From a virus (Duplodnaviria; Heunggongvirae; Uroviricota; Caudoviricetes), in the IMG/VR virus record IMGVR_UViG_3300042298_002704: a stretch of DNA of 33,920 nt. The stretch is one strand, 5' to 3'. The notes under the pieces are model-generated. The model did no database searches. It saw nothing but the letters and a program-made list of their open reading frames with translations, and was not told the origin of the DNA. The stretch's first letter is position 1. Every line of letters begins with the position of its first letter. Shown here in pieces: positions 1-9,828 of the stretch. The translations under genes were made by a program, and so were the position numbers.

Positions 1-1544
1 CCGACGTTTGATTGAACGTCACAAGTTCGAGTTGAACCGTCTCCGTCAACCGGATCAAATACAACGCATTGAAGTTTATCACTTACACCATAATTTTCAC
101 AAACGACGATTAAACTTTTCAAATCATCAGGATTTTCAACTATTTTCAATGAAATAGAACCTCCGCTTGCAGAAGAAATGTGGTCTGAAACTTTGTCGAA
201 AAAGTCAATCACGTTTACAACTTCACTTTTACTTGAATTCAAATTATCTGTTGAATCTGCGTTCGCTTCACGTTGTTTGGTTGCGTCGTTAAATGCGGAA
301 ATAACAACATCACGATGCACTAAAATATTCTGAATTTTAATATCTCCGCTACTGTAACTTTTAACTGCACCTAAATTTTTACAATCAGAATCAAAGTTTT
401 TACCTTGACCACTATCATTTTTATAATTCCCGTTTCCGAGCAACAAAACAGTCAATGGGTCACCACTTGTAATTCCGTCAGCAATTTTACATTTAGAATA
501 AATGGGATGAAACTCAATTTTCATTTCATTGAATTTATTTCTTTCGTGCGCAATGCCACAACCTTTGGCTTTTAAAAGTTGGTCATTTATCATCCTGTTA
601 ATGATATAACCAACTGTAACGTAGACTTGGTTATTCGTCGATTCAATTTCTGTCTTGGTTAACCCTAAATATTTTGAAATTGAACCAATCCATGCGCCAA
701 TTTTTCCCTGCCAATCTCGAATATGATCACCTCTATAAACCACAATTCCAGCACTTTTATCCTGCGATCCCGGACGATAATCAATAAATTCAGTTATAAC
801 TTCACCGTCTTGTAAATCATCAATTGAGGTTGTTCCGTTTTTTTCTGAATCAGAAGCAATTAATTGTGCAATTCCTTTGACCGGATTTTGACTTTGACCG
901 CCTCCAAATTCAAAAATAATATATTTCAATGGGCCGGAACTTGAACTTTGTCCTGTTCCATCATTACATCCATTACAAACAACCAACTGCATATCCAACG
1001 TTTTTACTGCTTCGGCGGCAGAAACAGCAGTAAATTCACATAGCCAATGACCATCTTGGGTTGTGTTGAACGAAAAAGTTGCAACTGTAAAACCTTTTAA
1101 TGTTTTTCCGTTTCCGTAGCCCCAAGATGGATTTTCATACCCGAAACTGACATCTATCTCATTTCCGGGCAAAAGAAAATATCTTTGTATTTCTTCAAAA
1201 TCTGAAATTTTATAACATCGAATCCTTCCGGTAACTTTTCTCGCCATTCCATGCTCTCCACTATATTCAACCACAACGCTTTCAATATCAGGAGCGGGTT
1301 TAATTGATCCCCCCGAGTAATATGTCGCATCTATTTTTTCAGTTTTAATCGGAAGTTGTTTTGATTCTCCACCGCCACAACTTTTATCATATCCTGTCAA
1401 AGTAACCCAAGCAGGATTTCTTACCGATACACTTTTACCATCCTTGGTTTGAATGTAATCACGGTTATATAGTTGCCTCCTTGATTTGAGGACATTTATA
1501 ATATCACCTTCTTTCGGATTACGTCTATATAAGGATTCTGACAT
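1..1544 (-). CDS. Putative baseplate hub protein (gp27/GpD-like), runs off the left edge
   Basis: Own translation from ATG at 1544: MSESLYRRNPKEGDIINVLKSRRQ...KPAPDIESVVVEYSGEHGMARKVTGRIRCYKISDFEEIQRYFLLPGNEIDVSFGY. Lies downstream of the TMP, tube-initiator-like and LysM/gpX-like genes, the usual hub position. Absent from the ORF track, consistent with no stop inside the window. Confidence 0.6.
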   Translation of the reverse strand, partial: MSESLYRRNPKEGDIINVLKSRRQLYNRDYIQTKDGKSVSVRNPAWVTLTGYDKSCGGGESKQLPIKTEKIDATYYSGGSIKPAPDIESVVVEYSGEHGMARKVTGRIRCYKISDFEEIQRYFLLPGNEIDVSFGYENPSWGYGNGKTLKGFTVATFSFNTTQDGHWLCEFTAVSAAEAVKTLDMQLVVCNGCNDGTGQSSSSGPLKYIIFEFGGGQSQNPVKGIAQLIASDSEKNGTTSIDDLQDGEVITEFIDYRPGSQDKSAGIVVYRGDHIRDWQGKIGAWIGSISKYLGLTKTEIESTNNQVYVTVGYIINRMINDQLLKAKGCGIAHERNKFNEMKIEFHPIYSKCKIADGITSGDPLTVLLLGNGNYKNDSGQGKNFDSDCKNLGAVKSYSSGDIKIQNILVHRDVVISAFNDATKQREANADSTDNLNSSKSEVVNVIDFFDKVSDHISSASGGSISLKIVENPDDLKSLIVVCENYGVSDKLQCVVFDPVDGDGSTRTCDVQSNV

Positions 1545-1847
1545 TTAATTTTGTGCGTCTAAAAATAATTGTTCTATTTCATCTAACCTTAAATCAGGTA
1601 TTCTCAATCTAATTCCAACTGGAACCCTAATGGTTGCATTGTGAAGTTTATTGGCCTTTGCAATCAATACCCAATACCGGGCATCTCCGTAGTATTGAAA
1701 TGAAAGTAAGTCCAACCTGTCACTTGATTTACTAATGATATAGGTATCACTACTTTTCTTTTCCAATTTTGGATAATAAAGCGAAGAAAACCTTCGTTTT
1801 CCGTTTTGGGTATGAATTATTTCGGTAAATTCGTCATATCTTTGCAT
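1545..1847 (-). CDS. LysM / tail protein X (gp53-like) baseplate protein
   Basis: Motif DRLDLLSFQYYGDARYWVLIAKANKL...GIRLRIP; tail-module synteny. Confidence 0.8.
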   Translation of the reverse strand: MQRYDEFTEIIHTQNGKRRFSSLYYPKLEKKSSDTYIISKSSDRLDLLSFQYYGDARYWVLIAKANKLHNATIRVPVGIRLRIPDLRLDEIEQLFLDAQN

Positions 1848-2153
1848 TTTTATTTCCCAACTCGTTCTCTATCAACAATATCAATAGTTGATGCGTTAAA
1901 TATAACATATTCTCTTCCATTATTTCCTATCAATCCTGTTATACCAGATTTTAATAACAATTGAGAAAGTTCTTTATCAGTTATCGGAAACACCCGCAGT
2001 ATTTTGTTATATAAATCAAGACCATTTTTGTGTCCTTTGATGACATTATTATCCATAATATAATCTTTATGACTATCACTCATATTATTTCCATCACTAT
2101 TAAGCATTTTATAGGAATGTATATTCGTTTTTATCATATCCAAATTATTTTTA

Positions 2154-2871
2154 ACTGACTATCCGCATATTGGGTACTAATTTCTGTTTCGGTAAGGTTG
2201 TTATATTTCATATTTATTTTCTATCTTTATTATGTCTGCATCAAATATCACATAATCAACTCTTGTACTACTTATACTTCTTTTTAAACCAACTATACTA
2301 TTGCTAAGTAAAAACAAAGATGCTTTTTCATCTCCTCCTAATACCCTTGACAAAGTTCTATAAAATAAAAATCCAGAATAATCAAATTGAACAAGTTCGT
2401 AATCATTAAAATCTACCTTTGGTAAAGAATTATCTTTAATATAATCGTAATACGAGTTAAATTTATTAATATTAAAATCTTTATTATATTTTTTATAAAC
2501 CGATTCTACAATCTTGCTAACTATATCCCTTTTAACTGGTTCACGGAAATCAATCAAAGTCACGTCATTGCCTTTGGAAAGTGTAACTTCATAAATATAT
2601 TTACCATAAATTTTAGCAGATTCTTTTGAGTTGGTTAAATACAGCCCCCAACCATCTATTTGCTTCCCACTCCCACTTCCCATTTTTGATGTAGTAAATT
2701 TATCAAAACTATATGAACTGCCATGATAAAGAGTTTGTTTTTCATTTTCATATAGGTTTCTTTTACCAGCAGTTTGTTCATTTATAATATGCGATAAAAT
2801 TTTTCTTAACTTCATTAAGCATTCCTTTTCTCATAAATATCAACTTAGTACCCAATATGCGGATAGTCAGT
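2154..2871. mobile_element. Non-autonomous TIR-bounded cassette (MIC/MITE-like, possibly IS1595-family derived) with a passenger ART gene
   Basis: Perfect 27-bp inverted repeats ACTGACTATCCGCATATTGGGTACTAA (2154-2180, complement 2845-2871); 8-bp direct repeat TATTTTTA at 2146-2153 and 2872-2879; no transposase inside. Confidence 0.85.
2201..2815 (-). CDS. ADP-ribosyltransferase-like protein (HYE-type, ART-PolyVal-like) with N-terminal leader
   Basis: LYHGS..FDKF, GWGLYLT....A..Y and YVIFD motifs; leader MKLRKILSHIINE. Confidence 0.7.
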   Translation of the reverse strand: MKLRKILSHIINEQTAGKRNLYENEKQTLYHGSSYSFDKFTTSKMGSGSGKQIDGWGLYLTNSKESAKIYGKYIYEVTLSKGNDVTLIDFREPVKRDIVSKIVESVYKKYNKDFNINKFNSYYDYIKDNSLPKVDFNDYELVQFDYSGFLFYRTLSRVLGGDEKASLFLLSNSIVGLKRSISSTRVDYVIFDADIIKIENKYEI

Positions 2872-3177
2872 TATTTTTATTAACTTTTTTATCATCTGAT
2901 AAAAAATTATAGGGTTTGGAAACTTTAACAGTATAAACAATGCCCGTTTTCCCAGTAACAGTTGCATAGTGATCGGCAACACTTTTATCTTTTGTTAAAT
3001 ATATACCATATCCATACTCGTCGCCGCCTGTTTTTTTACTATTATCTTTAATATTATTATCAAATTTGTCGATATTATACTGCGTACCATGATAAAATAT
3101 ATCGTTTAGTTCATTTAATATTTTTTTATTTTCATGTTAACCCATTACCTTTAAAATAAGTTCGTCATATCTTTGCA

Positions 3178-3705
3178 TTAGATCAAATACCTCTGTGCTG
3201 CATCAGGTCTGTAACCTTGGCTATTTGCCAAAACCTTGATTGTCATGTTAATGTCGGTGTAAAGTGGCCTATTTTCGATCCAAGGATTTTCTCCCTTCCA
3301 ATCGTATGTCAAGTTGGTTATAACGCCATATCCCTTGAAAAGTTGCCCGATCTGAAAAAGTACATGCGGAGAATTATAACCCTGACCGCTCTTATATATC
3401 GGATACGTCATTCTCCCCAATCGGGCAAGTAAAAAATCATGGTTGTTCCGATGTTCACGTTCGTCAAATCCCACAAGAAAAAAACTTAACTGGATTTGCC
3501 TGTTGGCACCTGCATAAAAAACTTTTGGATCGGCCCTTCCCATATCAAAAAATTCTGAATATGATGGACTCGATGAATCATTCACCGAAATGATATGAGC
3601 CTCAAATTCAAGTTTCCATTCTTCTTCCGGTAATGCGCCAGTTCCCGGGTCATGTCGATGGAAATAAAAAAGTTCTTTTGGAAAATCTGTTCTTGGTCTG
3701 GGCAT
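3178..3705 (-). CDS. Putative tail tube initiator / baseplate tube-cap protein (GpU/gp48-like)
   Basis: MGRADPKVFYAGANRQIQLSFFL and GVITNLTYDW....W motifs; lies between TMP and LysM genes. Confidence 0.6.
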   Translation of the reverse strand: MPRPRTDFPKELFYFHRHDPGTGALPEEEWKLEFEAHIISVNDSSSPSYSEFFDMGRADPKVFYAGANRQIQLSFFLVGFDEREHRNNHDFLLARLGRMTYPIYKSGQGYNSPHVLFQIGQLFKGYGVITNLTYDWKGENPWIENRPLYTDINMTIKVLANSQGYRPDAAQRYLI

Positions 3706-3715
3706 TGAAATAACC

Positions 3716-3934
3716 TTATTGAATCAATGAATATAATACATTTAAGGCTGCCATAGCATCAGATTTAGTTTGTCCTTTCGTATAACCTTTCAAAATAGTT
3801 TCAACTTGATCCAATGCCTTTTTTAATTTTGGAGATTCGTTTACGCCAATATAATTTTCACGGGTTCCTGCCTCATTCAACACCCGTTTAACAAAATGTT
3901 CTGCAATTTGAATTTGTCTTTTTGTTGGTTTCAT
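3716..3934 (-). CDS. Small hypothetical protein with ...VKRVLNE leader
   Basis: Fills the intergenic gap, AGGA upstream, leader-like N-terminus. Confidence 0.65.
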   Translation of the reverse strand: MKPTKRQIQIAEHFVKRVLNEAGTRENYIGVNESPKLKKALDQVETILKGYTKGQTKSDAMAALNVLYSLIQ

Positions 3935-3950
3935 ATTTTTATCCTTTGTT

Positions 3951-6900
3951 TTAATTATTTAACTTTGCTTTTATTGTTGCAGTAACTTTTTGAGCATCCA
4001 TGTATGTATTTGAATCTTTTCGAACCAAAAGTTCCATCAACTGAATCATTTGACGTAATAACATATTGGTTTCTTGGTTATCATTTAAAACATCACCTCC
4101 ATAAATATCTTCATTTTGCTTGTTTGTAAATCCACCATTAAATTTCATTTGCGTTTCAGCAACTTCTTTTGGATTTAGAAGTTTATCCTGAGCGACTGAA
4201 ACTTTATTTGGAGGTTGAGGTTGGGCAACTGGAATCTGGATAGGTGAAATTTTAACATTTGTACTATCTCTCGGAACGGAAGGTGCATTTAAAATTGGTT
4301 TAATTTTTTGTTGAACCTTCGTATCCAATGTCACATCTTCAATTTTTGCTAATTGGGAGAAATCGACATTTGTCAAAGTTTGACCTAATGAAGAAATATT
4401 TTCGCCCAACATCCCAATTGCTTTTGCGGCAATATACAACGGATTTGCTAATTCTGCAAGTTTTTCCAAATCTTTAACAATATCACCGCCAAACATTTTA
4501 GAAATTCCATTCATCATCGAACTTCCTGCCAAGGAAGCACTTAGAGCAGTTAACCCAAATGCAACGCTTCCCAAAGCAGGGCCAATTGAAAATAAATGAC
4601 CTACATCAATCTGGCCCAAGGTTGAAAATATTTTAACAATTCCAGAAGTTGCAGTTGAAATTACTTGGGAAATTCCTTCAAAAGTTGTCTTAATAACTCC
4701 ACCAAAAGAATCAATAATTGGACTTATTTTTTCTAACGCTGGACTTGCTATTGCTAACGCGGCAGCCAGTGGAATTAAACTTGCACCCAATCCTGCTATC
4801 GCAACAGCGCCCAAAGTTAATGCAACAGCGCCAACTCCTGACATCATAATTGCACCCAAAACTCCTGCCGAAACTGCTAATCCAACCAATGCAACGCCAG
4901 CCTTACCTAAACTTGACCATTCAATATCATTAAACATTTTTAGTGCCAAGGCAGCAGGAATTAAACTTGCACCTAAAACAGCAATAGCGGCAGCACCTAC
5001 AATCATTTGACCAGATGCAGAACCCAACGTTAATGCAACTCCGGCAAGACCGCCTAATGCAACTCCGGCTTTTGCTAAATCTTCCCATTTAACAGAAGCA
5101 AAATTTTGAACTGCTTTTGAAGTAACCCATAACGCTCCAGATAAAATTACCAAAGAAGCAGCGCCTTTGATTGCGCCCGTTTTAAATGAATTTAGACCAT
5201 CACCAATTCCTTTCAAAATATTTTTAATTGTCGTTCCAATTCCACTTGATAATGTTTTCATTGAATCTGAAACAAATTTGACTAAATCATTTAAAACCGT
5301 TTTAATTCCATTCCATACTGATTTAAACATTGATGTCAATCCATCAAAACTACTTCCAACTTTTTTAGTCGTTTCTTTAACTGGTTTTGAAGGTTCAACA
5401 TCGATAGCGGTTTCAGTTTTTTTAGTTTTTTTAACCTTTTCAACAACTTCTGAAACCATTTCTGCTTTTGGTATAACTTTATCAACACTTGACGCCATTG
5501 CGTCAAATGAACCAGTTACACTCGGAACTCCACTTAATTTTTTACTGAAATTTCCTAAACTTGAAAATACGGACTTACCTTTATCTAAAATTCTTTTAAA
5601 TACACTACCACTTTCACTATCCATACTTCCAAATGCTTTTGATGCCTTTTTAATCGGATTTTCAAGCGAACCTTCTAATTTTTTTTCCATCCGTTTGGTA
5701 AATGTTCTCTCTAAACCCTCTTGTAAAGAACCCATTAACATAGGAGCCAAAGATAAGGCCAAGGAACCAAACATTGACCCCATATTTGAAGTCAATTCAC
5801 TGGTTTGTTGTTCACCCTCTTTTTTCATAAATAAAAATGAACTTGCACTATGAATAGCCAACGCAGTTAACGATTTGGAAGCAATATCACCAAATAACTT
5901 AAATCCTTTTTTGGCTCCATCTGCTGAAATTCCAAGTGTAGTTGGCTTCGAAATTTCGTCTTTGGTTTTCTTAACAGTAGTTTCAACGTCTTTACTCATT
6001 TTAGTAGTTGAACCTTTGACTGCATTTGCAGTTTGTTCCAACGTTTGTTTTGCAGTTTGAGCGGTTTGGACTTGGGCGGAAACACTACTTTGAACTGATT
6101 GTTGAACGTTGGCCGAAACTTCCTGACTTTTGATTTCAACTTCTTTACTTGTTTTAGAAAAAATGGAACCAATATTAGGAATCATTTTAACTAAATCCCA
6201 TGCATTCATTTTTATTAAACCGAACGATTTTAAAATAGCAGTACCGGCAAATACTTCAACTAAACCAATCGCGGCTTTCATTACTTCACCTAATGTTCCT
6301 CCTATTTCATCAATTCCACTTGCAATTTTTTCAATATCATTTGAACCCATTCCAAATAGTCCAAAAAACGCATCAGTTAATTGAATAATGGATTTAAGAG
6401 CAAGACCAACTATTTTAATAATTGGAGCGATTCCTTTAAAAGCCAATAAAAGAATATCCAAAATAGGACTAATTGCATCAATTGCTTCTCCGAACGCCTC
6501 AGCCAACGGAATAAGCGCTTTAAATAAAACTCCTTTAATTTTTTCCCAAGCAACTCCTAACCTATCTGTTGACATTCCCTGAGCAATTCTATTTTGTAAT
6601 TCCTTTTTACTTAATTGTGAAATATCACCCATCGTACCATAGTTTTTTTCTAACCACTTTTGTTGGTCTGAACCTAAACTTCCCATTTCTTCGTTCATTC
6701 TCACCATGTTTGCAAGTTCGTTGGTTTCAATGCCCATTGTTTTTGCAATTTTCATTCTTAAATGCGGCGACATTGCATTTAAATCATTCATTGTACCAAT
6801 TTGCTTAACCATTGATTTTGCCATATTTTCAACGTCGCCACTCAGCCCAAATTCAAATGCTTCACTAAAATCAATTCCTCTACCCGACATTGCATAAAGT

Positions 6901-8909
6901 TCATACATATCAGTCATAAATCCTTCCAAATCAAGCATTTTTTGCGCGATTGAACCTGCTTGTTTTAGCGACATACCTACTTTTCGAACTTCAATAGCGG
7001 CTTGTGCGGCTTTATCAGGCATTCCTGCAAAATAAGTTGCTACCGTATCTGCACTCTCAATTAAATCTTTGGTTATAACAGTTGCACTTAAACCAGCCAT
7101 TTCAGCAAAATAACCAACGTTTTTCTGCAATGTCAATGAAAGTTTATCGTCAGCACCTAACATTTTAAATGTTTTATGCAATTCTACTGCCTGTTCATTT
7201 CCGTAACCAAAATATTTACCAATTTCAATCAAATCAATAGTCAATTCTTTGGCATCTTTTTTAGTCAAAGAAAATACTTTACCACTACTTCCAATAATAG
7301 CAGTTTGAACCTCTTGAATATCTTTCATGGTTCCAAATTGATTTTTTTGACTTGTGAGGGTGTCAAGTTGGACATTTAAAATTTCCTTCGCTTGGTTCAA
7401 ACTTACACCCATTTCTTTTTGCATATCTTTGTATTTGTTGACCAAACTATCGACAAAGCCATACAATAATGCAAAACCAGCAACTAAAATAGTCGTCGGG
7501 TTCAATAATGAAACAATTGAAGGTCGTAACGCAGACATATAACCTTTCATTGCTTCTGAATAAGTTACCCCATCTTTTAATTTTGAAGTAAATGCTTCTA
7601 CGCCTCTACGATGCCCCATCAACATTTGCTCACTTGCTTGACCTAACCCCAAGAAGTCACTTATCCCGGCAGGTAAAAGAGCATTTACATAATCAAATCC
7701 TCGTCCAACTCGCTGAATTACCTGTTCAACTCCTTTCATCTTACCCATATATTTACCAGTCAACTCAACGGCTTCTTTTTGCTTCATTAACATGGCAGCA
7801 TCAGTATCTAAACTTATCCGTTTTGATTCAACTTGTTTAACTAACATCTCGGTAGCCATTCCGAGAGGTTTCAATAATTGGTTCAATCGTTGACTTTGTT
7901 CTTCTGTCCTATCAGTTCCTATTTTTACTAAATTAGTTATCTCTTCAAATTGTCCCGAAAGTTGTGACATTAATCCAGTTTTTTCAACCACTTTGTCCAA
8001 CGAATCTATCATTTTTTGATATTCGACAGAACCTCGTTTTAATATCCCATTTATAGTTTCAACTTCACCAGTATCTACATTTATTTTTATATCCAAACCT
8101 TTACTTTGTGCAGCAAGTTGTCTGGATAATTGAGTTTGGAGATATTTATTTTTTTCAAAATATTCACTTAATCCTGCTATTCTGGCATTTTTTTCTTCCT
8201 CAATTACACCTAATACATTTTTAATTTCGTTGTCAAGTTCGCCGGTCAATGGATTGAAATTCAAATCCATATTAAAATAATTCCCCGAAACATTATGAAT
8301 CATTCCTTCAATGTCTTGGTTCATTTTTGCAAGTGAACTTTGAACTTTATCGGCACTTGAAAACGAATCGTCAAACATTCCGGTAAAATCAACCTTCTTA
8401 GCAACCATATCTCGCAATGCTTCATCCATATTATTGAATTGGCTACTTAATTTAGTTGCGGCGGATTTCCCTTCGCGAATGGCTTTGATTATTTCATTAT
8501 GATTTTTTAATAAAGATTTACCTAAATCAACTTCATCATCCAGATATTCATGCCGCTCCTTTAATAAATCAATATAATCTTTACTTCCTTCAATTATATC
8601 GTCATTTATATCATCAATTTCACGAAACTTTTTACGAATTGTTTCTAAATCTTGCTTAGTTGCGCCACGCTGTTTTGCCCATTTTTGGAAAAATTTATCA
8701 GCATCTTCCACGCCATCGGTAACGTCGGCAATTAAATCTTGGGCATCTTGGGCATTTTTAGCAAATCCATCATTCAACAAAGACATCACCTTTAACAAGT
8801 CGCGATTGATTTTGACTTGTTCTCTGGAAAATTCACTCGTCGTTTTAATGGCCGCGAATAATTTTTCCAACATTTTTTTCACATCAGTCTCTTGTTGTTG
8901 CTTTGCCAA
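3951..8909 (-). CDS. Tail tape measure protein
   Basis: 1652 aa, helical; Ala/Gly/Leu-rich repeats such as VKWEDLAKAGVALGGLA / IEWSSLGKAGVALVGLA; upstream of baseplate genes; TTG start after AGGAAAATAAA. Confidence 0.85.
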   Translation of the reverse strand: MAKQQQETDVKKMLEKLFAAIKTTSEFSREQVKINRDLLKVMSLLNDGFAKNAQDAQDLIADVTDGVEDADKFFQKWAKQRGATKQDLETIRKKFREIDDINDDIIEGSKDYIDLLKERHEYLDDEVDLGKSLLKNHNEIIKAIREGKSAATKLSSQFNNMDEALRDMVAKKVDFTGMFDDSFSSADKVQSSLAKMNQDIEGMIHNVSGNYFNMDLNFNPLTGELDNEIKNVLGVIEEEKNARIAGLSEYFEKNKYLQTQLSRQLAAQSKGLDIKINVDTGEVETINGILKRGSVEYQKMIDSLDKVVEKTGLMSQLSGQFEEITNLVKIGTDRTEEQSQRLNQLLKPLGMATEMLVKQVESKRISLDTDAAMLMKQKEAVELTGKYMGKMKGVEQVIQRVGRGFDYVNALLPAGISDFLGLGQASEQMLMGHRRGVEAFTSKLKDGVTYSEAMKGYMSALRPSIVSLLNPTTILVAGFALLYGFVDSLVNKYKDMQKEMGVSLNQAKEILNVQLDTLTSQKNQFGTMKDIQEVQTAIIGSSGKVFSLTKKDAKELTIDLIEIGKYFGYGNEQAVELHKTFKMLGADDKLSLTLQKNVGYFAEMAGLSATVITKDLIESADTVATYFAGMPDKAAQAAIEVRKVGMSLKQAGSIAQKMLDLEGFMTDMYELYAMSGRGIDFSEAFEFGLSGDVENMAKSMVKQIGTMNDLNAMSPHLRMKIAKTMGIETNELANMVRMNEEMGSLGSDQQKWLEKNYGTMGDISQLSKKELQNRIAQGMSTDRLGVAWEKIKGVLFKALIPLAEAFGEAIDAISPILDILLLAFKGIAPIIKIVGLALKSIIQLTDAFFGLFGMGSNDIEKIASGIDEIGGTLGEVMKAAIGLVEVFAGTAILKSFGLIKMNAWDLVKMIPNIGSIFSKTSKEVEIKSQEVSANVQQSVQSSVSAQVQTAQTAKQTLEQTANAVKGSTTKMSKDVETTVKKTKDEISKPTTLGISADGAKKGFKLFGDIASKSLTALAIHSASSFLFMKKEGEQQTSELTSNMGSMFGSLALSLAPMLMGSLQEGLERTFTKRMEKKLEGSLENPIKKASKAFGSMDSESGSVFKRILDKGKSVFSSLGNFSKKLSGVPSVTGSFDAMASSVDKVIPKAEMVSEVVEKVKKTKKTETAIDVEPSKPVKETTKKVGSSFDGLTSMFKSVWNGIKTVLNDLVKFVSDSMKTLSSGIGTTIKNILKGIGDGLNSFKTGAIKGAASLVILSGALWVTSKAVQNFASVKWEDLAKAGVALGGLAGVALTLGSASGQMIVGAAAIAVLGASLIPAALALKMFNDIEWSSLGKAGVALVGLAVSAGVLGAIMMSGVGAVALTLGAVAIAGLGASLIPLAAALAIASPALEKISPIIDSFGGVIKTTFEGISQVISTATSGIVKIFSTLGQIDVGHLFSIGPALGSVAFGLTALSASLAGSSMMNGISKMFGGDIVKDLEKLAELANPLYIAAKAIGMLGENISSLGQTLTNVDFSQLAKIEDVTLDTKVQQKIKPILNAPSVPRDSTNVKISPIQIPVAQPQPPNKVSVAQDKLLNPKEVAETQMKFNGGFTNKQNEDIYGGDVLNDNQETNMLLRQMIQLMELLVRKDSNTYMDAQKVTATIKAKLNN

Positions 8910-8965
8910 TTTATTTTCCTAACGTTTTGTTAATTCTAATATTTAATTTGGTAATTTAATGATTT

Positions 8966-9235
8966 TTACTTAAAATTAGGACTTGAATGTTTTTGTGGGC
9001 GATATTCTTTACACCGGAAGTTGGTTGGGTCACGATCACACAAATCTTTCAAAAGTTTTTCCAGTCTTTGGGTATGAAATTTCAAAGATTCTAATGAAGT
9101 TTGAACCTCGGCATCACCTTTGGCTAATTGTTTGGCTGAACCAATATTACGCTTTATGATATTTAAAGCAAGTAACTTGGCAATAGTTGTGAACAGGTTT
9201 TCCTGCATAATCAAAATTTCCTTATTTTTTTCCAT
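8966..9235 (-). CDS. Hypothetical protein
   Basis: First ORF of the leftward unit, preceded by ATATTTAT. Confidence 0.65.
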   Translation of the reverse strand: MEKNKEILIMQENLFTTIAKLLALNIIKRNIGSAKQLAKGDAEVQTSLESLKFHTQRLEKLLKDLCDRDPTNFRCKEYRPQKHSSPNFK

Positions 9236-9270
9236 ATATATAAATATCCCTAAACCTTAAAAGTTAAGTA

Positions 9271-9777
9271 ATGAAAGAAGAACCAAAATTATCATCTTTT
9301 GAAACAATAATTTTAAATAAATTACAAGAAATTTCAGAAAAACACCATTTCAATCCAGTTCAAGTGAATCGTTATTATAAATGGCTGAGAAATCCGAAAA
9401 CAAATAATCAAATGCAGTTAGATTTCATGGTTTCGATCAAAAATACTAATTTGAAATTTGCTATTGAAGTTCAAGGTAAACAACATTATAAATTTATCAA
9501 AGAATTTCATAAAAGTAGAAGCGATTTATATAAACAACAACAGCGAGATACCGATAAATTCAAATTATGTCGAGAACGAAAAATTGTTTTATTTACAATT
9601 AAATATTCAGATATAAAATCGACTATGAATTTGGAAGAATATCTGGTATCATATTTAACAAAAAAGACTAAAAATAAACCATATAGTCGATTGAATACTC
9701 TTTTAAATTATTTTATTCGAGATAAAAAACCCGACATGATAACATTAAACGAATGGGTTAGATTTCTTAAAAGTTAA
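9271..9777 (+). CDS. PD-(D/E)xK endonuclease (Vsr/DUF559-like)
   Basis: LDF...FAIEVQGKQHY...RDTDK..LC....IVLFTIKY. Confidence 0.75.
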   Translation: MKEEPKLSSFETIILNKLQEISEKHHFNPVQVNRYYKWLRNPKTNNQMQLDFMVSIKNTNLKFAIEVQGKQHYKFIKEFHKSRSDLYKQQQRDTDKFKLCRERKIVLFTIKYSDIKSTMNLEEYLVSYLTKKTKNKPYSRLNTLLNYFIRDKKPDMITLNEWVRFLKS

Positions 9778-9782
9778 AGTTA

Positions 9783-9824
9783 TGTTAATGGACTTGAAAA
9801 TGTCAGAAATTTTTTGTAACTTTG
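9783..9824 (+). promoter_or_regulatory. Bacteroidota sigma-A type promoter
   Basis: TGTTAATG, then TTG(9794)-N20-TAACTTTG(9817-9824). Confidence 0.7.
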
Positions 9825-9828
9825 TAAA

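Larger units (their letters stand above)
1850..3135 (-). pseudogene. Interrupted ADP-ribosyltransferase-like (ART-PolyVal-like) gene, ~186 aa when reconstructed
   Basis: 5' part 3135-2872 reads (MKIKK)ILNELNDIFYHGTQYNIDKF...GGDEYGYGIYLTKDKSVADHY. Removing the element and one TSD joins it in frame to ORF 1850..2143 (...LLLKSGITGLIGNNGREYVIFN). One A is also missing from the A-run of the leader. Confidence 0.8.
1830..3179. repeat. 19-bp direct repeat duplicating the first codons of the LysM gene
   Basis: TTCGTCATATCTTTGCATT at 1830-1848 and 3161-3179; the upstream copy encodes the abortive peptide MQRYDELILKVMG*. Confidence 0.85.

Noticed and set aside
2154-2871. Invertible segment between inverted repeats
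   Set aside because: The 8-bp direct duplication and in-frame restoration on excision fit insertion better; no recombinase in the window
5167-7840. Several plus-strand ORFs up to 228 aa
   Set aside because: Antisense shadows of the tape measure gene; no motifs or start signals
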